From Lepidodermella squamata (lineage: Eukaryota; Animalia; Gastrotricha), in assembly GCA_047495785.1 (NCBI GenBank), contig JBLDXI010000003.1:3720001-3784000 (forward strand): a stretch of DNA of 64,000 nt, in the 5' to 3' direction. The translations under genes were made by a program, and so were the position numbers. How positions within the stretch are numbered: the stretch's first letter is position 1; the number at the start of each line of letters is the position of its first letter. Under the pieces are notes generated by a model that worked only from the letters and a program-made list of their open reading frames with translations, ran no database searches and had not been told where the DNA came from. Below, in pieces: positions 25,257 through 38,457 of the stretch.

Positions 25257-28200
25257 TTACAAGACCTGTGCGAAGGCTGAGACAACTGGAGCACTCGTGT
25301 CATTTTCTTGTCCATTATCCTCTTCATCTTGAGTGAGCCAAATATTCGTCATTGGCTTGCGCATATTGGCCAAGCGCTTGTTAATTGCATGCCAATGAGC
25401 TTCGGATTTCGCTGACCTAAAAATCGAGGATTCATCCGTTGCGCGTCCTCGTTTCTTTCCGCGATTGGCTTCGTTCTCATCAGCTGAATCCATCTCACGC
25501 TCGACCTGCTTTTTGCTGCTGAGGAGAATGTCGAGTTTCCTTTGAATCATTTTAACCATCTCACGATGCAGATCGAATCTTGCGTTTAGTTCCGCAATTC
25601 TTCGTCCGAGCAATGCCAATTCTTGTTGGATGAAATGCATTTGCTCTGAATCTTTGTCGAAAATATGGTCGTCTGCAGATCCAAGGGATCCACTGAGATG
25701 AAACCCGGCCAGCTTCTTCAGCTTGCTCCATAACCCTTTGTCCTTGTGATTAGGGTAGTATCTGAATTCGCTCAGTTCTCTCCTTAGCAAGAAAGAGTTC
25801 GGTAGCCTTTGCTCAAGGTCGGTAAAGTACAGGACTTGAGTTGCCAAGCGCTGGAGCTTCGCGTTCTTCTGCACAGACTCGATGTTGCCAACTGGAAATC
25901 GCATTCTTTAACATTTCATTAATAAACATCTCATATCCTCACCTGCCAAACCAATCAAAGCATTTTTAACCAGAATTCCAATCAAAACGAGAAACAAGAC
26001 GTAAATTAAATATGTGAAATCCTTAAAATACGGCACGTGTTTCAGCTCTCCCTTGAAGCTGGGTTTGATGTAATCCGGAAAATTAACGTCTCCCCACATC
26101 ATCGGCAGAAGGGCAAATAGCGACTCTTGCGGCGTATGGAAATCGGCAATGTGACCGGTTGGCGTTCCGAAAGCCAGGGAAAATGTCAATGCAAAGGCGA
26201 TCAGGACAATCGAGTAAATGAAAAGTACGCGGATTAAAGTTTTAAAGATTTCTCGAAACATGATAATGTAAAGACCGAAAAAGTTGAACCTGGGAAAGAT
26301 ATTTTAAAATTTGTCAAGACAGCAGAAGCTCATAATACGAACCTTTGCATGAGGAATAGGAGGTTAAACCAGCCTAAAAATATTGCTAATGCGCTGGCAA
26401 TATACTGGGCATCGGTCGCATCTGTTTCGGTGTAAATCGGTATGGAGAACACCAAAATCGATGTGTAATAGGTTAGGTCGATCAAATTCTTATCGGTAAT
26501 AAAAAGGCAGTCAACATAGGGAAGTTACCTGAGAAATGTGAGTTACCATGATATCGAAAAAATATGTGATCTTCTGTTGAAAAATGAGAAGCACGTGCAA
26601 AAAGATGTTGATTACGCTAAATGCTGTAACGATGATCAGTCTAATGAGAAGTCCGTTTTTGAGGAGATCCTTCAAAAATATACACAATTTCATCAGGATT
26701 GTGTTATCTATTTGTGCTAACCAAAGTGTACGACTCTGCCGTGCTGTTCTTTTTCGCCTGGATCGAGTCCTTCAAGGCGTGGACAGAGTCCGCATAATCC
26801 TTCGTTCCGTCATATGCAAGCCAGTTGACCAATAACAGCGATACAACAAATATAATGAGTTTTGAATTGTAGACGAGGGAGCCAAACGAATTCCTGCAAT
26901 AGATCATGATCAGTCCTATAAATCAGATATGTTTGCTCTACCGAACCATTTTTGATTGAGAAAGGTGACGCACAGCGGGTGGGCCAAACAGTTTACACGG
27001 TTGTAGCGAACCATCATCTGGTATATTAAATTTTCAGTAGCCAATTCGAAAATTTAGGGGAACTTACGGTTAAAGGCCAGAGCGGAACAACTTTGCAAGC
27101 TTTTTCGATCTTCTTCCCTATCAAATCTGGAGGGGTCTGAAGATAGCTGAAGTCGTAGCGCATATGATAGTAGTAGCTTTTGCGATTTTCCTCGGAATAC
27201 TGCATGCATTTGTCCAAAAACACGACGCCCATAGCAGGGAGGTGCATGATAAGACCAATCAACGGCATCCCGAAAATACTAGGCTGTTGCATAACCTCCT
27301 CCCAGCGTTTGTGTCGCATGATGGCTCCTAAGATATCAGTATGACTTTTCTCCACTGCTAAATCAAAAAATGACGCTCCGTCGTTATTCCCATGCAACTC
27401 GGCATCATTTGTCAACAAATAGTCAACCACGAGGGGATGGTTGTTCAGTGCAGCGAGATGAAGAGCGGTGTTTCCAAGCTGATTACGCTGATTCATCGAA
27501 TTGGGAGCCAGGGTTAGCAGTAGCATGACAGCTTCAAAGTTGCCATACTCTGCCGCTAGAGTTTTTCAATCAACAGATTTACACTCAAATTATGGAAAGG
27601 ATTAAAGTTACCAAGGTGTAAAGGGGTGTTCAGTTCGTAATCTTTTGTCAGCTGACCACCTGCCCGGAACAGCATGTTGATTATGTCGGCATAGCCATAC
27701 GTCGCGGCAAAATGAATCTGAAACCGCTTTTGTACAATTTAGAAGGAGGGATTAGTGTTTCAAACTTACGGCATTTCTTCCAACACTGTCTGTTGATGAT
27801 AACAGAGCTTGGTCCGAATAGACAAGCATTTTCGAAGCGTAAAACCGTCCATATCTGGCGGCTGTATGCAATGGTGTCTGAAAACCAATAGGTTATCACA
27901 GCAAAATATCAATGAGGTAAAAATCACTTGAAATTCTTTGTCTTTGACCAAAAAGTCGCAATCAAACTTTAGTAGGACTCTCAGGTTTGTCAAATGACCG
28001 GCTTTACAGGCGTAATGAACTGGCGTGCAGCCGTAATCATCCTGCTCGCTGATTAGCTCATCGAAATTCGGAATATATTCGATATTAATAGCAGTCAGCT
28101 TCATGCCATTGATGACGGCAAGATGTAGGAAATTCCGCTCGTCTTTATCTCTCATGGTAACATCCGCTTTGCTTTTGAGAAGATAATTCACAACTTTAAG

Positions 28201-29774
28201 CGCATTTTTCGACGCGGCTGATATCAACGGAGTTCGATTTTCGCTATCTATTGCATCAATATCTGAACCCATAGCCAAAAGATACGAAACTGCATCCAAT
28301 TGGTTGAATGTTGCTAAAGAGTTTGAAATTAAGAATGGCCTAGCATTTCAAACTCACGCTTACCAGCTTTATGCAGTGGGGTTTGCTCTAGAATGTCCCG
28401 TTGAGAAACACATAGGCTAACTTTCTCCGGCTGGGCCTCGAACATAGCCCTCAACAAATTAAGGGCGCCTTTTGTGGCCGCGTAATGAATCGCAGTTTGA
28501 TTGTCTTCAGTGTGAAGGGCTGAGATATCCGCGCCGGCTCTCAGGCAAACGCTCACAGCGGTTAAATCGCCCGAGTTGACAGCCCCATGCAGTGGAAAGT
28601 TACTGTCCTTGTCAAGCGTATGAATCAAGTCTTTTTCCGTCATTCCTAGATATTTCCCTGTAATTAAATAAAAGATGAAAGAGCTTGCCAAAAATTACCA
28701 AAGAAAGATTACCAAATTCAAAGAGGACTTCAACGATATTAGCACAGCCATATCGTGTTGCGCAATGGATAGCGCAATAGCCAAGATCGCAGTAATACAT
28801 CAGATCAGCGCCTTGCTCGAGCTATAGGAAGTCTTTAACTCAAATTATCCTAAAGTCTAGTAAACAAACCAGGTATCTAGCAATATCCGGTCTGTCATGT
28901 TTGCAAGCGTAGAGGAGAGGAGTGAATCCCAGATCACCTGGGTAGTGAATGATTTCCGGATCAACCTTCGACATAATCTGTAGTTCAGTGATTTTAGAAC
29001 AATTCCAAATACCGGGTAAAGGATTACCTTCAGCCAATTCAAATTGCCATTTTCGACGGCGACGTGGATCGGTGCTTGATTTAATACATTTTTCACTCTC
29101 ATGTTCGCCCCATGGGAGAGGAGCCATTCCAAGGCAGTCACATGTTCACCTTCAACCGCGTGATGCATCGGGGTATTTCCAAGTTTGTCCTGATCATTCA
29201 AATCAACAATGTCGATGTCAACGAAATTGAATAAGAAATCCAGAACATTCAAATGTGATCCATGTGCTGCGTGATGAATAACATTCTGGCCGCGAAAATC
29301 TTGAACAAGAAGAGTTGATAGGTCCTTTTTGACCAATTTCGTCACCTCTTCAAGATTCCCTTGCCCTGCCATTCTTAGAATTAACGTAGGCCCGTCGTCC
29401 TTTTTAACATGCGGTAATCTGACTGCCGGAAATGCTTTTGAGAGCCTTTTACCAGTCGGGAAGTCGACTGATTCTCTGAACTGTACAGACGATCGCCGCG
29501 AATGCCTGTCAACCTCTGTGCTGACTGATGGTCTTTGGCTTGACTGAACTGAAGCAGTTCGCTGTTCATCTTCGTCGTACTCCTCGAGAAATACCAACGA
29601 CTGTCCTGCGTCAAGAACTTGTGCGATTCTGTGGCGTAGCGACGATTTTTTACGCTTCTGTTCATGGAAAATGGACTCGAGGCTTGACAGTAGTCCATGG
29701 TCGACTTGGGGATGATGCGAGGGACCTGAAAAACTGTTCCGGGGTGTCCTCGTGCCTGCTTCTGGACTGTTCAT
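25257..29774 (-). CDS. TRPA1: TRPA1-like channel, copy B (most divergent, most introns)
   Basis: Ankyrin exons join in phase where traced; filter PMMWGDVNF; S6 LVKNALIGLA/VGNIESVQKNAKLQRLATQV; extended Ser/Arg-rich N-terminus. Confidence 0.9.
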
Positions 29775-30792
29775 TTTTGCGAATAATCAGGCAAACATCG
29801 AAAGAAACATGCATCAAAATTTGTAATGAAATAATTATCATCAATCCTTAAATCCGACCTTACGAGTGCCCGGTAAGTGCGGATTCAATCATGTGTTTTC
29901 GAGGAATCGTGCTCGATTTCGCTTTCTCGTCTCGCCCTCTTAGAAGGTAATTTGAATCGATCGACAGTAATTAAATAACGATACGCGATGTGTGACCCTT
30001 GATACGAAAATGAACTAGAGATGGAAAATAACCGCGCCGAATCGTAAGATTTGGTTTCTCGATCCTCTTATAATGAATTATTTCAAATCACGTGAAGCCT
30101 ATGTTTTTTGGAATCGGGCAAATTTATTTGTTGAAGGTGATCAAGCATCGTTTTAAACTTCAGGTTTGTTGACTTGACAAAGCTATGCTTGATAACCTTC
30201 AAAAAATAAATTGGCCCGCGTATTAATATAATTACAAAGTTAGCACGTATCTCCCAACTGATTTCGTTTGATGAGCCCATGCGAGTCATTCGTCAGAATA
30301 ATTAGTCAGGACATTGATTAGTGAAATGTCAACTCAGCCCAATTGAGAAGCACCTCATTGAGACGGGATGGATTCAATTAACCTTGATTTACCCACGGAA
30401 GTTTGTCTTTTGTCCGAAGTCGAACACTAAGTCATTTTATGAACAATCACCGCTATCGCAGAATAAGTCCGATTGAGGCATGCCCTTACTCTTTACGAAA
30501 ATGTGCCAGTGGCAGATGGAAAGTGGAAGCAAAAGCCGCGTGATTTTCAGCGTAATAAAGATTAAAACTATTGAATGCCGTGAGATTCATGTAGTAAGGC
30601 TGAGCCAAATGACAACTCAGCAGAGTTTCCAGCTGATGCAATGATTTTTGCTGTTTCAGACATGTAAATCGCGTATGAGTACATACTCCCTTTTTATTAC
30701 TGGTCTACTTTAAGCTGCTCAAAACTGACATAAACAAGCTTGAAACAAGTTTCTCGGCGCCGCTCGCCGCTATAATAATATGACTTCTGCAG

Positions 30793-32180
30793 CTATTGAA
30801 AAATATTTCCCTGCAAGCCCGTTTCCTGATGGCTAGACCCAAGCTGGAGAAGACTTTTGTTCGAATCGCTGAGGCTCCGTCGTAGTGTATGAGGAGGGAA
30901 GCGCTCCAGCATTTGCTGACGCAGTTCCATGACCAAGTGATTTCTTCTCGCCAGAATAGGATGCGCTTCACAAATGGCGTTGAGCGAAATCATGAGCTTC
31001 GACCCAGTCTTTCTGAGACTCACGACTGCCTGCAACAAATAATCAAGTCGGCTCTGAGTTATGTCCGATTTTCCTGTTTTAGTGCAATAGGAAGTGAATT
31101 GAGAAGTTAGCTGCTCGAACACTCCAGCAAATGAACCATTTCGTGTATTGCCCCATTTTCCATCTATAATGGAGCGCAGTGGAAAGTGGAAAATGAATCC
31201 CATGGTTAAGAAGTGACATACAATTGTGAAAGTAGAGAAAAGCTAAAAGGAACACGAATTCAACTTTATCGAGGCCAAGCGATTGTAGCATTGAACGCAG
31301 CATTTGCGTCTCTTGCATTAGGAACTGGAAGAACAAGCTATTTTTCACGTTGACCAATAGGGATTGCCTTACCCTGACACCGGGGAAGTAGAATGACGTG
31401 ATCGCAAAATTGTGCTCATTCATCCCACCAAGAACTGTGTCGGTGCTATAGCAGTTTTCTGCGATAAGAATCGGGAAACAGCTACTGAGAAACAGCTCTT
31501 TCCGATCGTCAATGTGTGCCTCGTTGTAGCCTGGTATTGAAGAAAGAAGCTTTCGAACCATAGTCAGCTGAGGCACGAAATGATTGTCAGCAATCTCAAT
31601 GAGCACATCTTCCCGACTCTGATTGATGGTAAAGACGATTTGCTTCCGCAACTTTAGCTAAGGTGAAACGTAAAAAGGTCGAAGGGTTCGAATATTGACC
31701 TTGTTGGAGCTTACATTGTTAGCCGATTCGAGAAGCTGTTCGGCTGCAGCAGCGAATACTGTAGTTTGACAGGAGTTTTCAGCGCGATCTGTTTGCGTCT
31801 CGGGCATATTAGGGCTGATGGACCTTTTGTATTCAAGGCTTTCCCGCTCGTAGTAACGCGAATTCATGCCGATGTTAACGCATTTGGCAAACCGACAGGC
31901 CGAGCAGGAGAAACGCCACTTCTTGCCCGCCGAAGTGACGACTGTCTCGGTTTTAGCGACATCTAAGCAGTTTTGGCCGGGGGAGTTAGATGAGCATTTG
32001 AGCTTGCGGTTATTGGGTAATTGGCGAAGGTAGAACCGACGACAAGCTTCGCAGACCATCGCGTTGTTCCTCATCTTGCCCTCTGTTTCCACGCCACATA
32101 CCTGTGAATATGACTGCATGCACTATCGATATGGTATGATTAGGAAAACTCACCTGACATTCAGCTGATCCTAAATGCAT
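30793..32180 (-). CDS. Divergent nuclear hormone receptor 1 (C4 DBD + LBD)
   Basis: MHLGSAECQ/VCGVET..VCEACRRFYLR..C..C..CSACRFAKCVNIGM; LBD-like signatures LLSSIPGYNEAHIDDRKELF and LGLDKVEFVFLLAFLYF. Confidence 0.85.
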
Positions 32181-32975
32181 TATAGCAAATTATTTGGATT
32201 TCGAGCGTCTGGTCCTCTCCACTTGAGGTGAATAGGAAACTATTCATAGCTTACGCAGGGAGCATTAAGTCAATTACACCACCATGTCATGTTCGATTTC
32301 AGGTGATCCGCCAGTTTCCGTTTGTCTGTAGAATAAAGTAAAAGAGAACATTCCGGGTCTAGTTATCGTAACGAACAGATGGACGCACAGTACTGAAGCT
32401 AGACTAATTTAATTTCTATCAGTTATCCCGATTATTCAGCAATGTATTGCAACGATCGCAATCTAATCCACGCAAGTATTTTTTGAACCCTTCTCATTAT
32501 ACATAATTTAATCTAATTTCGACACGGTGGCAGAGCATAGTGTTGCAATTAAGCAAAAACATAATTGCGAACCAATCTATAATATTTCAAAATTTGACAG
32601 CTACCAACAACCGTAGGTGCCATTTAATGAATCATTTTGACTAACAGTCCTAATTTTTGCGGCGGGAACCCAGTGGATCGCTATCTTTTTTATTCAATTT
32701 CGCTACGGTGGCTAAGGCTACAATAAAATAACCAAAGGACAAGCAATATCGATCCGTTCATTGTGGAACCACTAAGACTTCGAACTTGAGCGCGAGATTT
32801 CATATGCGTAGAATTCATCCTCTCTTGCGGAACTTTCGACATAATGATAGCACGAGGGAAAGACTCCATTCCAGTGAAATATTGTCGATATTAGGGCCGG
32901 TTGCTGTTTCTAATAGAGAAATGACAACCCCTTCTCAGATCTCTAGGACTTGGTACAAATTCAGGAACGCCATTT

Positions 32976-33674
32976 CTGTATTTCACCGCGGCAAGATATG
33001 AGTAGCGCAGCCGGAGTCACGTAAAATGCCGACACCGCCAATCGTATCGATTTGACATAGGCTGTATCCAGGCTGCGTTGCGAAAATGAGGATTAGAACA
33101 ATGTTCCTGAATAATCACGCTCTCACCATAGGCGAGCAAGTTTTAGTCGCATCGGTGCAGGCTTGCGCTGCGGCGACACACACGTTGGGTGATGCAGAAA
33201 CGCAGCTTGAACCTGAAGAGCGTGCTGGCGACGATGCTGGTACAGGGTACAGTAGGGCATGGCGTTGTTGTTGTTGTCGTTGTTGCTGCTACTGTCGTCG
33301 ATGATGGCGGGGAAGCGCTGCCATCTGGCAATATAGCCAGTAAAACAGCGCAATAAAGAATGAACATCCGCAAAATTAGCTTTTTCAAGAAAGGCAAAAA
33401 GAAGGGTATTTGAAGAATGGGCGAACGTGCGTTAACAATGAGTGATTGAATAAGTTGAATTCAATAACGTAGGTCGTAGGTTGTTGGGTAATTATCAGAC
33501 TTTCTCTTGAGGCCGGACAAAAAAGCGGCGTTTGACGATGTAGCGGGATGAGTATAACTGACTATAATCAATATCTGCTCACGGCTCGTGGCTTTGACGC
33601 AGGCCGCACACCACGACTACGACTTTTACATGACTCCGGCTGCGCTACTCATATCTTGCCGCGGCGAAACACAG
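32976..33674. mobile_element. Non-autonomous TIR element
   Basis: ~50-bp inverted repeats (ctgtatttcaccgcggcaagatatgagtagcgcagccggagtcacgtaaaa and its reverse complement at 33624-33674); internal (ttg)n run; TSD unclear. Confidence 0.7.
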
Positions 33675-33745
33675 TTCATCTAGGCGGCATGTTCAACAGG
33701 ATCCCCCACTAGGTGAAACAGTAAACAATGATACTCAAAACGAGT

Positions 33746-34000
33746 GGCTTTCGCCAACGAGCCATTCAGGGCGTCGTCGGCATATCGTGGGGTTGGCGAC
33801 AGAACGACTTGACTAAAATAGAAAAGCGTCAAACTATTTTTTGTATCTCGGCCAAGTCAGTCGTGTGACGGAAAACTGATCGCCAGTTTTTCTGTGCATC
33901 AACAGCATTACGCCATTTTCGTTTCGATTTTAGTCAAGTCGTTCTGTCGCCTACCCCGCGATATGCCAACGACGCCCTGAATGGCTCGTTGGCCAAAGCC
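33746..34000. repeat. Fold-back element with ~80-bp inverted arms
   Basis: ggctttcgccaacgagccattcagggcgtcgtcggcatatcgtggggttggcgacagaacgacttgactaaaat is mirrored at about 33928-34000; no TSD found. Confidence 0.75.
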
Positions 34001-34642
34001 CCAATTTCATGGTGAAAACCCCAAAGTTGAGCTCAATTCCGGGCTCCCTCAGTTTCGAATAGCCCCCATCTACAGCAAAAGACAGTTGAGCTATGTGCTT
34101 TCGCGATTTTCAAAAATCTGTCTGTCTGTCACATTGGAATCTGCTATTTTCTAATTGGAGTGTCCTTTAGTAAAAAGTATTTTTATATCAGCGGCTTTAG
34201 ATGAATCTCTAAATATGAAGTTAGCAGGAACGTAGTACTAAGCAAAAAACTTTACGATCAAAACATCATTTACGGACGTTATCACGTGATTGCACTGCGA
34301 TGCTTTAAACGTAACGATAAAATGCAGACATGTGCTGCGTTGACAACTGCGTTAATGAATCAGGTGACAAATGAAGCGGAGAAGAATGTGGCAAAATTGG
34401 GCGCTTGTGGTTTGCCAAATTCCACAATGCCTCGACAAGCTAATGAATGGGAAAATCATCAAGGCCTTGACACACAGATAAATAAAGGATAAAACGGACA
34501 TTTTGTTGACAGGACTTCAGACTTCAGCTCTTTGGATATGCATAGGTTTATAGACGTTTCGTGCAGGCTTTACACCTCTTTGAGAAGCAAGCCAGGAGGT
34601 GGAACTTTGGGGAAGGGTGGAACACAGGTTTCTGGGATACAA

Positions 34643-35240
34643 TTTATTTATTTATTTATTTATTTATTTATAAGCTTTAACGCCCAGAAGAGGGCAGCTT
34701 GACAAGAGGTAATTTGAAAGTGAAACATGTAATTGCAGGACAGTTTACAGATGAATAGGACATTGGCAAATGATAACAAAAATTGCTTTTTACGAGTGCA
34801 GATAATGTAGTAGTGATGTAAAAACAATTTTTAGGCAACAACAATTCTTGACAAGCTGGATAGCTTTATAAAAATATAAGATACATACAAGACAAAATCA
34901 AGGCTAATTTATATTCAATTTCAATTTGCCGGCATTATTGGAATAACAATACTGATAAACAGCTTCACGACATTCCTGCGCTGATTCTGCTTGATGTGCT
35001 GCCGTCGGAAGCTGGTTCCACCAATCAGGCCCGCGGTAGCCTAAACTGAGTGCACCGCGCTCTTTGCGTTCTGTTGGCTTGATCATTGGCTCAAAGTGAC
35101 GAAAGCCGTACGCGCTGGCTTCGTTCAATTGGAATAGTGTTTGCAACATTGATGGCGCTTGTTGATGTAGACAGTTCCAGATGCTAATACTAAAGACAAT
35201 ACTAAAAACCTTATCGATCAGAGCTAAATGTTTCATTGTA
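34643..35240 (-). mobile_element. 5'-truncated CR1/L2-group LINE (ORF2 C-terminus, 3' UTR, (TAAA)n tail)
   Basis: ..IWNCLHQQAP..LGYRGPDWWNQLP.. matches the post-RT 'WN.LP' region; 3' stem-loop gccc-tcttct-gggc just before about 7 TAAA repeats. Confidence 0.75.
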
Positions 35241-35417
35241 TCATTTTGCAGCTTGGTAACAGTTAATTTTATACACTACTACTAGTTTTTTATTGCACTC
35301 TTGACCAACAGCACAAACAAAGCGAAAACAAAACCACTAGCAGTCTGTTAAGCAATTAATGAATTGGTTGATGTGTCCTAATAAATTATTGGCTTTTCAA
35401 TAACCAGTTTTGAGAGT

Positions 35418-36811
35418 CTATGATTTCAATTTAGACCACTGCTCAGTTGGATATTCACCAGTACTTTTACCGAACAATCGCCGCAAAGATCCAGGTGGAA
35501 AAACTTTCAGCCCGAGGGCTCTTATTTCCAGGATAGCGGAGTTGGTTGCAAAGAAAGAGCCGAATTCGCGGAAAAAGGAGTCCATCGTGACAAGCCGCCT
35601 CAGACCAGCCTCAAAAAATGCATCAGCTAAGAAAGTTATCAGCTCGAGACGCAATTTGAATTGTTCGGTGTTAAGAACTATGCCCTCTTTCATGCAGTAA
35701 GCTTTGTACAGAGCTGTTACACTATGAGCTGTCTCAAACAAGGCCATATTGCCCGGCTGCACCCACTTTCCTCCTGGAGAGCGAAATTGAGAATAAAATT
35801 TGAAGTAAAATACAACACTAACCAATGTAATAGTAGATGAACGTCAGAAAGAACGAAAATTCGACTCTGTTAGGATTCCAGGTCTTTAGCACATCTCGCA
35901 GGTAGCGTCTCTCCGGCCACATGTACTGAAACACAAAGATTCTGAAAATAATGCAGAAAAGAATGCCTCGAAATTACCCCAAAGCCAGGAAAATGGTGCG
36001 TTAAGACGCGATAGTTGGTTTCGTTCATGCAATTTATCACGGATTCATCAGAGTACGAAAATTCTGCGATCAACAATGCATTGAAGGAGCTCATGAATAG
36101 CTCGAACTGGGTTTTTTCGTCAGTCTGTGCGAACCCTGAAACAATCTTTTCATGTGATAACTTCGCATTTCCAATTAAAAATTCAAATAAACCTGGAACA
36201 GATGACAAGAACTCCCAAGAAAGCAGTTTTTGATGAATGAATTGATACTTCACGACTATTTTCACGATTTGCTCTTTCGTCAGATCGTAGCTCAGTAAAT
36301 TGTGTCTCCTCAAAGCCAGCTAAACGTGAAGCAGCTGCAAAGCGTGCCAAATGTTGATTTCAAGAACTTACTTTACTGAAAGCCTCTAACATTCTTATCG
36401 TGGCGATGGCAATGCTCCCTATCATCCTTTCAGCTGCCACAAGATCTGTATGAATTTCGATTGATACTTCTGTGTGGCCAGATGTTTCTCGTGAACTCAG
36501 GAGCACAGCAGCACATTTCTCGAACCGGCAAGCTGCACACGAAAATCGCCGCGTCTTACCAGCTGACGTGGTGATCGTGCGGTTTTGCGAGGACTCCAAG
36601 CAGTTCTTCCCTGGCCCACCAGCCGAGCATTTCATTCGACGGCTTTGCGGCAATTTGCGGAAGTAGAATCGCCTGCACGCCTCGCACAAGGCATTGTTGC
36701 TCCGGAAATTTGTTGGGACGGAGCACACCTAAAACCGGAGAAAAAAGCCGGCTATAAATATTAGCATGAAAATGAAATTTATACCTTGCATTTTGACATG
36801 AACTTGAACAT
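35418..36811 (-). CDS. Divergent nuclear hormone receptor 2
   Basis: MFKFMSKCK/VCSVPTNFRSNNALCEACRRFYFR..CAACRFEKC; LBD FLSSVP/GFAQTDEKTQFELF, WNPNRVEFSFFLTFIYY; all traced exons join in frame. Confidence 0.85.
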
Positions 36812-37369
36812 TTTTCACAACTGAGAGGAGATACAGCAAAAGTATGAACTTCAATCCAAGCTGTCTACAATAATTAAGATCAATATATTGACTCGCTCGT
36901 CAGGGCAGCGATATAATGTGATATGAAAAGCGAAATTTCGAGACTAAAAAATGTCTACAACCGGAGGATTTCATTCGTATTTAAAGGTTTCACCCAATTG
37001 ACAGGCTTGAAAACAAGCTTAAATTCCAGCTGTTCAGCAAAGATCGCATTCCGATCTAATGGATGTGGAATGCGAACCTCGTGTCATATTGAAATCAAGC
37101 AGGTCAATATCAGAAAAAGGCGTTTATTCGCATTTCTAACATGCTGTGGTAAATTAAAATACTGTTTTATAAATTAAATTAAAATACTAATTTTATTTTA
37201 GCACCTCATATGGTTACACATTCACGTTGCGGCTTGCGGCAAACTCTCCGACGTTTCTCGCTCTGTTTTATGCTTCGATGTCATTCAATATAATCACAAT
37301 TGCCCGCATTCTCTTTCCATATGTCAATATCTCGTTAGCAATGTTAAAAATAAGTGAAATTCTTGCATA

Positions 37370-37803
37370 CCGTATTTTATCGAATAGTATCCTGGGATAT
37401 TATTTGTTTCCGAACTCGAAAAGTAGTGAAAAAAATCGGGCTATTATTCGAGGGGGCTTTTATTCAAGGCAGGCTATTATTTATCCTAAAACGTCAAATC
37501 ATCACTTCAACAGACATTCTTGGTCATTTTTAGCTTGCATATATTCCTCTTTGTCGCTGTAATCAAGCTTAAATGCACTGTAGTTATCTTCCTCGTTGTC
37601 GCACTTTCTCTTCTCTCTACGTCTCAATTTTCTCGAGGCACGCTAGCCACCTCCCCATTCACTATTGTTATTACTATATGGAATGTGGCTATTATTCGAG
37701 GTGGGCTATTATTAACCTTTGGACCCAATATTTGGATGAATTTTTGTGGCTATTATTCGAGGGGGCTATTATTTGAGGTTGGATACTATTCGATAAAATA
37801 CGG
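37370..37803. mobile_element. CCGTA-ended (pogo/Tigger-like) MITE
   Basis: Perfect 23-bp TIR ccgtattttatcgaatagtatcc; TA flanks; internal ggctattattcgagg repeats. Confidence 0.9.
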
Positions 37804-38255
37804 TATATCACTTGTCAACTTAATTTTGGTTTGCTCATGAGGAAAAAGTGGCCAATCGTACAATCTTTAATTAAGGGCAAATTTTTTAGGCAAGCCGGGC
37901 TTTTTATATCACCAAACTTTTCTTACACGGTTGTCTACCCATTCCGTCGTCTTCAAATGCAACTGATATCCACTCATGAAGTTTATTTCTGATCAGAAAT
38001 ACAAACTTGAGATCTTTGATGTCGTTAGATAACTCGAAATTACGACTTTTTTTAGTTGAAGGTGATTATGTAGTGGCGAAAAAAAGTAGTGTGAACTTGA
38101 TGTTAATTTTGAAGGCAAACAATTTAACACTGCTAACTAGTGAACGGAAGTTTTGTTTACGTCCCCGTCAAGAGATGAGTCGGTTTTCTGAATTAGCTAG
38201 CCTCACGCTCAAAATTCTTCGCGAGAATGTTCTCACCTGCGATAGGAATTGATGA

Positions 38256-38457
38256 ACTGATATCGTTAGCGTCGTTGAATAACTCGGATTTAGGCTTGTT
38301 TACGTCAGTTTCACGGTGACATGTGACAACTAAAAAGTCATTCGTTTTTCCGATTCGTTCGCGTCAAAAAAGCCGCTTTTAACTTGTCACCCGTTGCCTT
38401 GAAAAGGATGTAAACAAGCATAAATCCGAGTTATTCAACGATGCTAACGATATGAGT
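38256..38457. mobile_element. Short hairpin MITE
   Basis: ~45-60-bp inverted arms (atatcgttagcgtcgttgaataactcggattta.gcttgtttac); possible 3-bp TSD tga. Confidence 0.65.

Noticed and set aside
33143-33397. ORF resembling a signal peptide plus Thr-rich mucin
   Set aside because: Starts at a non-ATG codon, lies inside a TIR element, and the Thr run comes from a microsatellite.
37420-37800. Repeated ggctattattcgagg units resembling a CRISPR array
   Set aside because: Irregular spacing, eukaryotic context and no cas genes; they are subterminal repeats of a MITE.
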